DNA of 64,000 nt from Gemmatimonadota bacterium (GTDB taxonomy: Bacteria; Gemmatimonadota; Gemmatimonadetes; Longimicrobiales; Gaopeijiaceae), in NCBI GenBank assembly GCA_041390105.1, contig JAWKQO010000004.1:64158-128157 (forward strand), in the 5' to 3' direction. Shown in pieces: positions 54,522 through 63,628 of this stretch. The position numbers and the translations under genes were made by a program. A model generated the notes under the pieces. The model was not told where the DNA came from, searched no databases, and saw nothing but the letters and a program-made list of their open reading frames with translations. Positions within the stretch are counted from its first letter, which is position 1, and each line of letters starts with the position of its first letter.

Positions 54522-56455
54522 CCGCCCCGGATCCAGCCCAGAATGCGTCCGCGCGGTCCACTCGCGTCCGGATCCCAGATCTTCACCTGCAACGCGTCAT
54601 GGTCCAACGGGATGCGTGCATACGCCCACCCTCCGGCATCACTGACGCTGGCGGCCACCGGTTCGGCCTCCATCCAATCCCCGGCCTCGGTGCCCAGGTA
54701 GATGGGTCCCGTCACTGGAGCCATGCGCCAGCGCTCGTTCAGGATCAAGGTGTCGCCCTCGATGCGGATGTCCCGCAATGGACCCGGATCCCGCGGAGCG
54801 ATGCCGCGGACGACCAGGTCGAGCGGGGCCTGGGCACCCGTCACGGAGAACTCGAACGACCTGGGTGCCAGCGCCCGCCAGCGCGTCGTGTACCAGGGCG
54901 TGTGGGAGACCCAGCCCAGCTTTCGGCCCTGGTCCTCGATGGGCTGTTCGTTGATCGACTCCAGCGGGATGTCGTTGCTCGTGGCGATGACCGTGTCGGC
55001 GAGGGCATCGCGCACCCAGAGATTGAGTCCGAACGTGCCAGCTGCAGGATACCCGCTTCCTCCCGGGCCGTACCACGCGCCATCCAGGCCCTCGCCCGCG
55101 CTGAACCCGACCGATTCGTTTCGCTGCCAGCGATCCAGCGGGCGCTCGGCCATGCCCGCGCGGAGGCTGTGATGGTAGGCACCCCATTCGTCGATGAAGC
55201 CGGTGGCCTGACGGTACTGGCTCACGCTGTTGGCTGCGTTGGTCACCAGGACCACCGCTGCGACGGCCAGCAGGGGGCGCCTCCAGGGGCTGCGCAGCGC
55301 AAGGGCGGCCAAGACCACCAACAGCGGCAGGAAGTGGGCGGAATAGAGGAAGGTCTCGTCCCCGAAAACAGAGTGAAGGACGACCTGTGAGCCGATGGCC
55401 AATACCAGGAAGGCTCCAAGCCTCCTGTGCTCGGGAGCGCGCAACGCGGTATAGAGTCCCACCGCGAGCAACACGAACCAACCTGCCGTAGCCACGCCCC
55501 CCAGGAGACCGGAGGAGCCCAGTCCGGAGCGTTGTGTCAACAGCAGCGGCCACTCCCCGATGTTGGGTACGTCCACCACCGCGATGGCGGGGAACACCAT
55601 CGTGTGGCCGAACATGCTTCGGATCACCCCCCAAAGACCCATCCCATCCGCAGGAAACACCGCCGCCTCTTCGAGTCGGCGGCGGGCCAGAAACCAGTTC
55701 GTATCCGGGAAGATCCAGTCCTGCACGGACCAGAGGATCACGACCACGGCGAAGGCGTTGACGGCGATGCGACCGACGCGTCTCCAGCCGTGGCGCGCGA
55801 AGGAGGCCAGCATGCCGATCGCCCAGTTGGTTTTGGTCGTGGCAAGCATGGCCGCGCTGGCCAAGACGTCCCACCCCCCCTGCGGGACGCGCTTCACACC
55901 AGCCGCGACGGTGAACACGCCGAGCGCGATCGCAACCGACCCGAACGGGAACGTCTCCGGCACGGTGAACCAACAGACGGCGCTGGCGCTGGTGAGCGCG
56001 ACCCCGGTGAAGGTCAGCGCCTCCAGCCGGCCAAGGCCGATGCAGCGCAGGCTCAGGAAGACGAGCCCCCCGAGCGCTCCACCCAACGCTGCAATGACCA
56101 GCCGTACGGCAACGACAGCGTCCAGTCCGGCGGCGTGCATCAGCGCGAAGGTAGGCGTGTAGCCGATCAGGGAGAACGCGGGGTGATGCGAGGTGCGCCC
56201 GTGATTCGACCAGCGTTGCGTCATGTTCTCGAAGACGCGCGCGACATCGGCCTGAAACCACGCGTCCAAGGTGGGACGACCGAGCATCCGGGGATCGAAC
56301 CAGGAGCTCAGCAGCAGGAACCACCCGAACCCGAGCGCTGCCACGAGCAAAGCCAGCGGAAGGTCGGGAAGCGCGCCCACGCGGCCGGCGGGCGAGCTGC
56401 GACGCGGCGCGTCCCTGCGCACCGGTTCCGGCGGAGCGAGGACAGCCTCGGACAT
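54518..56455 (-). CDS. Polytopic membrane protein, GT-C-like (putative lipid-linked glycosyl or other transferase) with C-terminal periplasmic domain
   Basis: ATG 56455 (MSEAVLAPPEP...). TM1 is LALLVAALGFGWFLLL, followed by an acidic first loop PTLDAWFQADVARVFENM...HHPAFSL. About 10 further TM helices precede a soluble C-terminal domain of about 200 aa. The stop overlaps the ATG of 52404-54521 as ATGA. The family assignment is tentative. Confidence 0.55.
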   Translation of the reverse strand: MSEAVLAPPEPVRRDAPRRSSPAGRVGALPDLPLALLVAALGFGWFLLLSSWFDPRMLGRPTLDAWFQADVARVFENMTQRWSNHGRTSHHPAFSLIGYTPTFALMHAAGLDAVVAVRLVIAALGGALGGLVFLSLRCIGLGRLEALTFTGVALTSASAVCWFTVPETFPFGSVAIALGVFTVAAGVKRVPQGGWDVLASAAMLATTKTNWAIGMLASFARHGWRRVGRIAVNAFAVVVILWSVQDWIFPDTNWFLARRRLEEAAVFPADGMGLWGVIRSMFGHTMVFPAIAVVDVPNIGEWPLLLTQRSGLGSSGLLGGVATAGWFVLLAVGLYTALRAPEHRRLGAFLVLAIGSQVVLHSVFGDETFLYSAHFLPLLVVLAALALRSPWRRPLLAVAAVVLVTNAANSVSQYRQATGFIDEWGAYHHSLRAGMAERPLDRWQRNESVGFSAGEGLDGAWYGPGGSGYPAAGTFGLNLWVRDALADTVIATSNDIPLESINEQPIEDQGRKLGWVSHTPWYTTRWRALAPRSFEFSVTGAQAPLDLVVRGIAPRDPGPLRDIRIEGDTLILNERWRMAPVTGPIYLGTEAGDWMEAEPVAASVSDAGGWAYARIPLDHDALQVKIWDPDASGPRGRILGWIRGG

Positions 56456-56768
56456 AGATACCCCCCACACGGTCCCCCGCTCGACGACGCGCGGGGGCGG
56501 AAACCGGTGGCGACCCCGCCGGGGGGCATGCGGACGACGTTCCGCGTGTTCAAGGCCGCTATTTGACGAGTTTCTGAGCTTAGCGGTCCGAAGTTGAAGC
56601 GGCAAGGGGGTTTGACGCGCCTGGGGACCGCGCCCTTCCGGCGCCAGCAGCCCCTGAGGGGGGAGAGGCAGGGCCCGACGGGGGCCGCTCCTGGCGCGGA
56701 TGGAGTGGTTCTGGTTGGCCGGCGAGCCGCCCTCTACCTTCACGGTGTCCATCACCCTGGAGGGAACG

Positions 56769-58808
56769 ATGCTCCGCCGCCTCTCGTTTCACGCCCTCGC
56801 CTCGGCCCTGGTCTGCGTGGGGATGTGGGTCCGGCCCACGACGGACCTGCAAGGGCAGGACGCGTCCCAGAACACGCTGAAGTTGGAGACCTACCTCGAT
56901 TGGGAGTGGGTCTCCGACCCCCAGATCTCTCCCGACGGCCGGCAGATCCTCTACACGCGGTCCTACGTCGATCAGATGCGGGACCGGCGTGCCTCGTCCG
57001 TCTGGATCATGAACGCCGACGGTTCGCGCAACCGCTTTCTGGTCGACGGCTCCTCGCCGCGCTGGTCTCCCGACGGCACCCGGATCGCCTATACCGACGA
57101 CGGAGAGCCATCCGGAACGCAGATCTTTGTCCGCTGGATGGACGACGAAGGCGCGACCACGCAGATCAGCCGCTTGGAGCGCCCAGCCTCGGACCTGCAG
57201 TGGTCGCCCAACGGTACGCAGATCGCGTTCACGATGTCGGTTCCTGACGATCCGGAGTGGCGCGTCAAGCTCCCCGGTCGCCCAGAGGGGGCCAAGTGGA
57301 CCGAGGATCCCAAGATCGTCGACCGGCTCAGCTACCGACGGGATCGGCAGGGCTTCATCGATGACGGCTACGCGCACGTCTTCGTCATTCCCGCCGACGG
57401 TGGCACGCCTCGGCAACTGACCGACGGCACCTGGAATCACCGGAGTCCCCGCTGGATGGCAGACGGCTCCGCCTTGGTGTTCTCTTCGCTGCGCGTGGAG
57501 GAGGCCGACCACGAGTGGCGGGAGTCCGAGATCTACCGGGTGGACGTCGCCAGCGGGCGGATCCAACAGCTGACCACCCGCAAGGGCCCAGACGGGAACC
57601 CCGCACCTTCACCGGACGGGCGCTGGATCGCCTATACCGGCTACGACTGGACCGACGACACGTACATCACCTCGAAGATCTACCTGATGGGTGCCGACGG
57701 ATCCAACCCACACATGATCTCCGGCGACTTCGACCGGGACCCCGGCCAGCTCGAGTGGGCCGCCGATGGCAGCGGGCTCTACTTCAACGTCCAGGCCGAT
57801 GGCGCCGCGAACCTGCACTTCGTGTCCGTTCAGGGGGGCGTGCGCGCGGTGACGCAAGGCAATCACATGCTCGACGTGGGTTCCATGGCCGGAGGTGTGG
57901 CGGTCGCCACGGTCGCCACGTTCCAGGCGCCCGAGGACCTCTACAGCTTCCCGCTCAACCGCCCGGACCGGATGACTCGCCTCACGCGCGTCAACGAGGA
58001 CGTCCTGACGGGTGTGCGCCTCGGCGAGGTGGAGGAGTTCCACTATCGGTCGGTGGACGACTACGACATCGAGGGCTGGATCGTGAAGCCCCCGAACTTC
58101 GATGCGTCCAAGAAGTACCCCCTCATGCTCTCCATCCACGGGGGGCCCCACGGCATGTACAACGTGGGCTTCAACTTCTCCTGGCAGGAGCACGCCGCGC
58201 AGGGCTACGTGGTCCTGTACACGAATCCACGGGGCAGCTCCGGCTACGGGAGCGCATTCGGCAATTCCATCAAGAACGCGTATCCAGGCAAGGACTTCGA
58301 TGACTTGATGAAGGGGGTCGACGAGGTGGTCGCCCGCGGCTACATCGACGAACAGAACATGTTCGTCTACGGCTGCTCGGGCGGCGGGGTGCTGACCTCG
58401 TGGATCGTGGGTCACACGAAGCGCTTCGCGGCTGCCTCCGCCAACTGCCCGGTGACCAACTGGCTCTCTTTCGTCGGCACCACGGACGGTGCCAGCTGGT
58501 ACCGCAACTTCGAGAAGCTGCCTTGGGAGGATCCGTCGGAGCACCTGCGCCGCTCGCCCCTGATGTACGTGGGCAACGTGGAGACGCCGACCATGCTCAT
58601 GACCGGCGAGATGGATCTGCGCACGCCCATGCCGCAGACCGAGGAGTTCTACACCGCCCTCCGCCTGCGGAAGGTCCCGACGGTGATGGTGCGCTTCAAA
58701 AACGAATGGCACGGCACCAGCTCGCGGCCGTCCAACTTCCTGCGCACCCAGCTCTATCTGCAGGACTGGTTCAAGAAGTGGCAACGTGGGAGCAACGTGA
58801 CCCAGTAG
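56769..58808 (+). CDS. S9 family serine peptidase with beta-propeller
   Basis: GGAGGG upstream of ATG 56769. MLRRLSFHALASALVCVGMW is a signal peptide. ISPDGRQILY, WSPDGTRIAY, WSPNGTQIAF and PSPDGRWIAY are propeller repeats. Catalytic Ser VYGCSGGGVLTS, Asp TGEMDLRTP, His NEWHGTS. Confidence 0.9.
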   Translation: MLRRLSFHALASALVCVGMWVRPTTDLQGQDASQNTLKLETYLDWEWVSDPQISPDGRQILYTRSYVDQMRDRRASSVWIMNADGSRNRFLVDGSSPRWSPDGTRIAYTDDGEPSGTQIFVRWMDDEGATTQISRLERPASDLQWSPNGTQIAFTMSVPDDPEWRVKLPGRPEGAKWTEDPKIVDRLSYRRDRQGFIDDGYAHVFVIPADGGTPRQLTDGTWNHRSPRWMADGSALVFSSLRVEEADHEWRESEIYRVDVASGRIQQLTTRKGPDGNPAPSPDGRWIAYTGYDWTDDTYITSKIYLMGADGSNPHMISGDFDRDPGQLEWAADGSGLYFNVQADGAANLHFVSVQGGVRAVTQGNHMLDVGSMAGGVAVATVATFQAPEDLYSFPLNRPDRMTRLTRVNEDVLTGVRLGEVEEFHYRSVDDYDIEGWIVKPPNFDASKKYPLMLSIHGGPHGMYNVGFNFSWQEHAAQGYVVLYTNPRGSSGYGSAFGNSIKNAYPGKDFDDLMKGVDEVVARGYIDEQNMFVYGCSGGGVLTSWIVGHTKRFAAASANCPVTNWLSFVGTTDGASWYRNFEKLPWEDPSEHLRRSPLMYVGNVETPTMLMTGEMDLRTPMPQTEEFYTALRLRKVPTVMVRFKNEWHGTSSRPSNFLRTQLYLQDWFKKWQRGSNVTQ

Positions 58809-58867
58809 GGTCCGGGCCCGCTGGGCCCAGCGCCGGGGCTGAAGGGATCGGCCCCTACGAGTAAGGA

Positions 58868-58900
58868 ACGGGGCCGGCGGATCACATCCGCCGGCCCCGT
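58868..58900. terminator. Near-perfect hairpin between convergent S9 peptidase genes
   Basis: acggggccggcggat / cac / atccgccggccccgt: a 15-bp stem centred between stops at 58808 and 58942. Confidence 0.5.
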
Positions 58901-58941
58901 GGTGCGTCAGCCCTCCGAAGGATTGCTGGCGGGCCGCCGAG

Positions 58942-61581
58942 CTATCCCTGATCCTCGCTCACCGCGCGACTCTCCGCCGGATTCTCCAGATACACTTCCA
59001 GCCAGGCCGTCCAGCGGGCCCACAGGTCCAGGAGCGTCTCCTTGGTCGCCGGTCCGTGGTCCTCGAAGGGGTAGAGGTACATCGCAGCCGTCTTGCCCAA
59101 TCCGTTGAGCGCGTGGAAGAGCCGCGGCGTGTGATCCGGATCGGTTCCCACGTTCTGATCGTGCATGCCGTGGTACATGAGCAAGGCACCGGTCAGGTTG
59201 TTGGCGTACAAGAAGGGGGACATGGACAGGTAGGTGTCCTTCGCGTCCCAGAGAATCCGTCGCTCGTTCTGGAAGCTCAACGGGGTGAAGGTCCGATTGT
59301 AGTTGCCGTCCCCCGCGATGCCCGCTTTGAAGAACGGCGTATGCACCATGGCGTTGGCCGTGGAGAACGCACCGTAGGAGTGCCCACCGATTCCCAGTCG
59401 TTGGCGGTCGATGATCCCCCGCCTGTCGAGCTCGTCGATCACGGCCGCGAGGTTGTTGCGTAGATCGTGCTCGTAGTTGTTGTTCATCTGACCTTGACGC
59501 CCGACGATAGGGGCGTCGGGCTCGACCACTGCGTAGCCCAGGCGCACGAGGTATTGCATGGACCTCGTGCCGAAGTTGGGGAAGGCGTTCTTGTCGAACG
59601 TCCGCGCTCCCTCGTCATAGTTCTCCTGGTCCGTGTACTCGCGTGGGTAGAACCAGAACATCGCGGGGAGCCGCGTGCCTTCCTGGTAGTCCGGGGGCAG
59701 GTTGACCGTGACCCGGAAGCGGAATCCGTCCGGGCGCTCCACCACGAAGCGCTGGACGGGGGCACGAGTCAGGTCGGGGGTGTAGTCCCGGTTGTGCGTG
59801 AGCTGGGTCAGTCGACCCTCGGCGCGCAGATAGGACTGCGGCACGTCGGCCTGCGACTCACGGCTCACGATCAGGCGCCCGACCTCCGCGTCCAGCACTG
59901 CGAGCAGTTGTTCGGAGACGCCCTCGTTGTCGCCCTCGAACAGTCGCGTCTTCTCGCCGCCCCGGATGGGCACTCGGTCCAGGAACGCCTTGGGTCCCTC
60001 TTCCATGGGGTCCTTGGCGTACGTGGTCCCCACGTAGTAGACGTGACCTCCGTCCGGCGAGAGCTGGACCACGGCGCCGTTCCCTGGAGGTCCTCCACGA
60101 CGGAAGCCCCCGAAGCCACCGCCCCCGCCCACTCGACCATCGGCCATCAGGAGCGCCCCGGGGTTCGCGTAGAAGTCGTCGCTCGCGTAACGCGCCAACG
60201 TGTGCTTCTCGCCGGGAGCAGACAGATCGACCGCGTACTCGTGCACCCGCTGGCCGGTGCGCTCGGACAGGAAGAGGGTCCGATGGTCCGGCGAGAAACG
60301 ATGCGTGCTGATGCGGCTATCCGACTCGTAGACGACCGTAGCGGCCCCCTCCTCGAACGGGGGCAGCCACTGCAGCACGCGGTCCTTGCGGCGGGGCCGA
60401 CGCTCCCCTTCCTCCGCCGGCTCCGCTTGCTCCTCGCCCTCGGGGGCGGGCTCCTGCTCCAGCCAGGTGAGGCCGTTCCCGTCGGCACGCCAGGCCAGCT
60501 CGCGCTTCCCGTTCTGGTCGCCGCCTCCAAAACCGCCGTTCTGTGGCGCATCGTCGTCCTGCACGCCCAGGTCGAGCGAGTCGACGCGCAGCGTGGCCAG
60601 GGCCACGCCACTCCGGTCCCACACCTCCTCGACGCTGCCGAAGTTGCCCACCGGCACGATATAGCTGAAGGGCTGCGTCATCCGCGTGACCCGTACGAAC
60701 TCCCCGTTCGGGGAGAGGTCGAGCGACCGCACCATGGTGGGCTGCCCGATCGGCGTGACCCGGCGGCTCTCGACGTCGATGACCGCGACCTGCCCGGTGA
60801 CATGCCACTCCAGAAGCGCCTTGTCGTGGGGCGTTGCCAGCAAGCTGGCGTAGGTTCGGAGCATGTTCTGCCCGTCCTCCGTCAGCTTGAGCCGTGGACC
60901 CGCAGGCACCGAGCTCTCGGTAGGCATCGGGGCGCGGCGGTCCGGAATCAACACGGTGGCGAGCAAGCGGCCATCGTTTGACCAGTCGAAGCCCGTGTAC
61001 AGCGTGGCCAGCACGGGCGTGCGCGTGAGCTGTCTGGCCCGCCCGTTCGCCGGATCGGCCACGTAGAGGTGCGTTGCATCGTCCGTATGCACGAAGAACG
61101 CCAGGCGACTCCCGTCCGGGGACCAGGTCGCGTTGGAGACCCGCGCTCCGCGCGGCACCTGGACATCGCGGACGGATCCGTCCGCGGCCGAGATGATCTG
61201 GATCCCCACGTTGCTCCGAATCGTGAGGTTCCGGTCCCGATTGGCGCGGAAGTCGATGAACTCGCCGCCCAGATCGTGGAACGGCTTGGAGAAGCGGTCC
61301 ATGGTGACCGGACCGTCCCCGACCTCGTTGACGAACCAACGTCCGTCGGGGCTGACCTCGCGGAGCGTCACGTTCAGGTAGCGCGGCGCGAGCACGGCGT
61401 CGGCGATGGCGCTTGGTGGCGCCACGTACTGTTCTTCACGCAGCACGTCCTGAGCACGCCAGGTGCCGACGTCGTTTGCGTTCTGGGCCAGCAGGGACAC
61501 CGGGGCCAGGGCCAGGCCCACGCAGAGCGCCAGCGTCCGAAAGACCCGGGGAGCAGAAATGGTTCGACAAAGGGCGGCCAC
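58942..61581 (-). CDS. S9 family serine peptidase (large, ~880 aa) with beta-propeller
   Basis: GTG 61581 is preceded by AGGAGG. (M)AALCRTISAPRVFRTLALCVGLALAPVSLLAQ is a signal peptide. Catalytic Ser GIGGHSYGAFST, Asp MYHGMHDQNV, His PFEDHGPA. The 952-aa track ORF is an upstream extension. Confidence 0.9.
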   Translation of the reverse strand: MAALCRTISAPRVFRTLALCVGLALAPVSLLAQNANDVGTWRAQDVLREEQYVAPPSAIADAVLAPRYLNVTLREVSPDGRWFVNEVGDGPVTMDRFSKPFHDLGGEFIDFRANRDRNLTIRSNVGIQIISAADGSVRDVQVPRGARVSNATWSPDGSRLAFFVHTDDATHLYVADPANGRARQLTRTPVLATLYTGFDWSNDGRLLATVLIPDRRAPMPTESSVPAGPRLKLTEDGQNMLRTYASLLATPHDKALLEWHVTGQVAVIDVESRRVTPIGQPTMVRSLDLSPNGEFVRVTRMTQPFSYIVPVGNFGSVEEVWDRSGVALATLRVDSLDLGVQDDDAPQNGGFGGGDQNGKRELAWRADGNGLTWLEQEPAPEGEEQAEPAEEGERRPRRKDRVLQWLPPFEEGAATVVYESDSRISTHRFSPDHRTLFLSERTGQRVHEYAVDLSAPGEKHTLARYASDDFYANPGALLMADGRVGGGGGFGGFRRGGPPGNGAVVQLSPDGGHVYYVGTTYAKDPMEEGPKAFLDRVPIRGGEKTRLFEGDNEGVSEQLLAVLDAEVGRLIVSRESQADVPQSYLRAEGRLTQLTHNRDYTPDLTRAPVQRFVVERPDGFRFRVTVNLPPDYQEGTRLPAMFWFYPREYTDQENYDEGARTFDKNAFPNFGTRSMQYLVRLGYAVVEPDAPIVGRQGQMNNNYEHDLRNNLAAVIDELDRRGIIDRQRLGIGGHSYGAFSTANAMVHTPFFKAGIAGDGNYNRTFTPLSFQNERRILWDAKDTYLSMSPFLYANNLTGALLMYHGMHDQNVGTDPDHTPRLFHALNGLGKTAAMYLYPFEDHGPATKETLLDLWARWTAWLEVYLENPAESRAVSEDQG

Positions 61582-61778
61582 GACAGCCTCCTGAGGCAGG
61601 CAGGGCACCGGATGGGTCCGCGCCTCGCGGACCGCCGGATTCAGCGTGCCGCAATCTCCGGCCGAGCCTGCCCCGCGGGCAAGCGCCCAGCCGGGAGTGA
61701 CGGGACGCTTGCCAGTCTGCACGCCGAGCCCGAGCATGCGTCCACCGCGCCCGCCCCGGCTTCCCGGAGAGATCCGCC

Positions 61779-62801
61779 ATGTGGATGAGGTCCTGCCCAA
61801 CGCGTTGCGCCCTCGTGTCGGCCGTCGTCTCGTTGGCGGCCGCTTGTGTTCCGACCGACCGGACGGCCCAGACCGACCCGACCCTGCCGCGGGCCTCGGA
61901 CGATCCGGCGGCCCTGGGTGTCCGCATCCAAGCCCGGCTCGATGCGCTCGACGCCAAGACGAGCGTGTTCGCTCAACACCTCCGGTCCGGCCAAACCGTC
62001 GAGGTGCGGGCGGACGAGCCCATGAACACGCTGAGTGTGATCAAGATCCCGATCATGGTCCTGGCCTTCCGGGACGCGGAGGCGGGCCGCCTGGAGCTGG
62101 ACCAGCGCATCGCCGTTCGGCCGCAGGACCTGCGCCGGGGTAGCGGCCTTCTGCAGACCTTCGCCCCCGGCCTGCAGCCCACCGTTCGCGACCTGATCAC
62201 CCAGATGATCATCACGAGCGACAACACGGCCACAGACCTCCTCATCGGGAAGGTGGGTCTGGAGCGTGTGAATGCGATGTTGGCGGACCTGGGGTACGAG
62301 CAGACGCGCCTGAAGAGCACCACCGGGCAGCTGTTCCGTGAGACCTGGATCGACACGGATGCGGGCTTCGCCACGCTGTCGGACCGCGACGTCTTTGAGA
62401 GGGGCTTTCCCGGGGACTCGGGCGCCGCCGCGCGATCCTTCGCCCTGGAGGGCGATTCTGCTCGTTGGCTGGGCCGGACCACCGCCCGCGAGATGTCACG
62501 ACTGCTGATGCAGATCCAGGCCGGCGAGCTGGCCAGCGCCGAACACTCCAGCGAGATGATCGGCATCCTGCGGCGACAGTTCTACTCGTCGCGGTTGCCG
62601 CAGCGGATGCGGGGCCGAGCCAGCGTCGCGCACAAGACGGGGGACTGGCCGCCCTACGCCGGAAACGACGTGGGCATCCTGTACTACGAGGGCGGCCCCA
62701 CGGTCGTCTCCGTGTTCACCAACCAGAATACCGGCGACTTCTTCGAGCTCGAGGCTGCGCTCGGCCTCATCGCCGAGGACCTGGTGGAGGCGTGGCGGTG
62801 A
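61779..62801 (+). CDS. Class A beta-lactamase-fold serine hydrolase lipoprotein
   Basis: The lipobox is VVSLAAAC. S-x-x-K as TLSVIK, SDN as ITSDNTATD, KTG as HKTGDW. Confidence 0.75.
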   Translation: MWMRSCPTRCALVSAVVSLAAACVPTDRTAQTDPTLPRASDDPAALGVRIQARLDALDAKTSVFAQHLRSGQTVEVRADEPMNTLSVIKIPIMVLAFRDAEAGRLELDQRIAVRPQDLRRGSGLLQTFAPGLQPTVRDLITQMIITSDNTATDLLIGKVGLERVNAMLADLGYEQTRLKSTTGQLFRETWIDTDAGFATLSDRDVFERGFPGDSGAAARSFALEGDSARWLGRTTAREMSRLLMQIQAGELASAEHSSEMIGILRRQFYSSRLPQRMRGRASVAHKTGDWPPYAGNDVGILYYEGGPTVVSVFTNQNTGDFFELEAALGLIAEDLVEAWR

Positions 62802-62853
62802 CCGGCGAGCGAGTGACGGCCAGGCAGCCCGGCCCAGCTCGCAGGCCGGCCCA

Positions 62854-63609
62854 GTGAGCGAGACATCTCCCCCCGGCACGCCGGCGATGTACGGGCCCTT
62901 GGCGTCCTGGTGGCCTTTGGTCTCGGCGCCCGAGGACTACGCGGAGGAAGCCGCTCTCTATGTCGAGGTCTTGCTGGACCGCGCTCCGTCGCGCCCTACA
63001 CTCCTCGAGTTGGGGAGCGGTGGAGGAAACAACGCGTTGCACATGAAGCGGCACTTCACCGCCGTGACCCTCGTGGACCTGTCCGAGGGCATGATCACAG
63101 TCAGCCGCACCCTGAACCCCGACTGCGAACACCTTACTGGCGACATGCGCTGCGTGCGCCTGGATCGGACCTTCGATTGCGTCTTCGTGCACGACGCGAT
63201 CTGCTACATGACCTCAGAAGACGATCTTTCCGAGGCCCTGCAGACGGCGTTCGCCCACCTCGATGCAGGCGGTGTCGCACTGTTCGCGCCCGACTACGTG
63301 CGGGAAACCTACGAACCGTCTACCGATCACGGTGGACACGACGGCTCCGACCGAAGCGTGCGCTTCTTGGAGTGGGGCTGGGATCCGGACCCGAATGACT
63401 GCACCTACGTGGTCGACTACCTGTTCGCGCTGAGAGAGTCGAGCGGCGAAGTTCGCACGATCCACGATCGGCACATCGAGGGGCTGTTTCCCCGGGCCAC
63501 CTGGAGGCGGCTGCTGGCGCGAGTCGGCTTCGAGGTGGAGGAGCTGGCACTCGCGCACTCCGAAGTGGATCGGCCTCTCATCTCGTTCGTAGGGAGGCGC
63601 CCTCGATGA
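62854..63609 (+). CDS. Class I SAM-dependent methyltransferase (TylM1/DesVI-like fold)
   Basis: Motif I is LLELGSGGG. VDLSEGMI, GDMRCVRLDRTFDCVFV and LDAGGVALFAP. The overall block order resembles sugar N-methyltransferases. Confidence 0.8.
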   Translation: MSETSPPGTPAMYGPLASWWPLVSAPEDYAEEAALYVEVLLDRAPSRPTLLELGSGGGNNALHMKRHFTAVTLVDLSEGMITVSRTLNPDCEHLTGDMRCVRLDRTFDCVFVHDAICYMTSEDDLSEALQTAFAHLDAGGVALFAPDYVRETYEPSTDHGGHDGSDRSVRFLEWGWDPDPNDCTYVVDYLFALRESSGEVRTIHDRHIEGLFPRATWRRLLARVGFEVEELALAHSEVDRPLISFVGRRPR

Positions 63610-63628
63610 TGGGGCGCCTGGCCCATGC

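Noticed and set aside
54639-56468. 609-aa alternative minus-strand frame overlapping the GT-C-like gene
   Set aside because: The product is Arg/Gly/Pro-rich and has no TM helices. The chosen frame gives a coherent polytopic membrane protein and an ATGA junction with the downstream gene.
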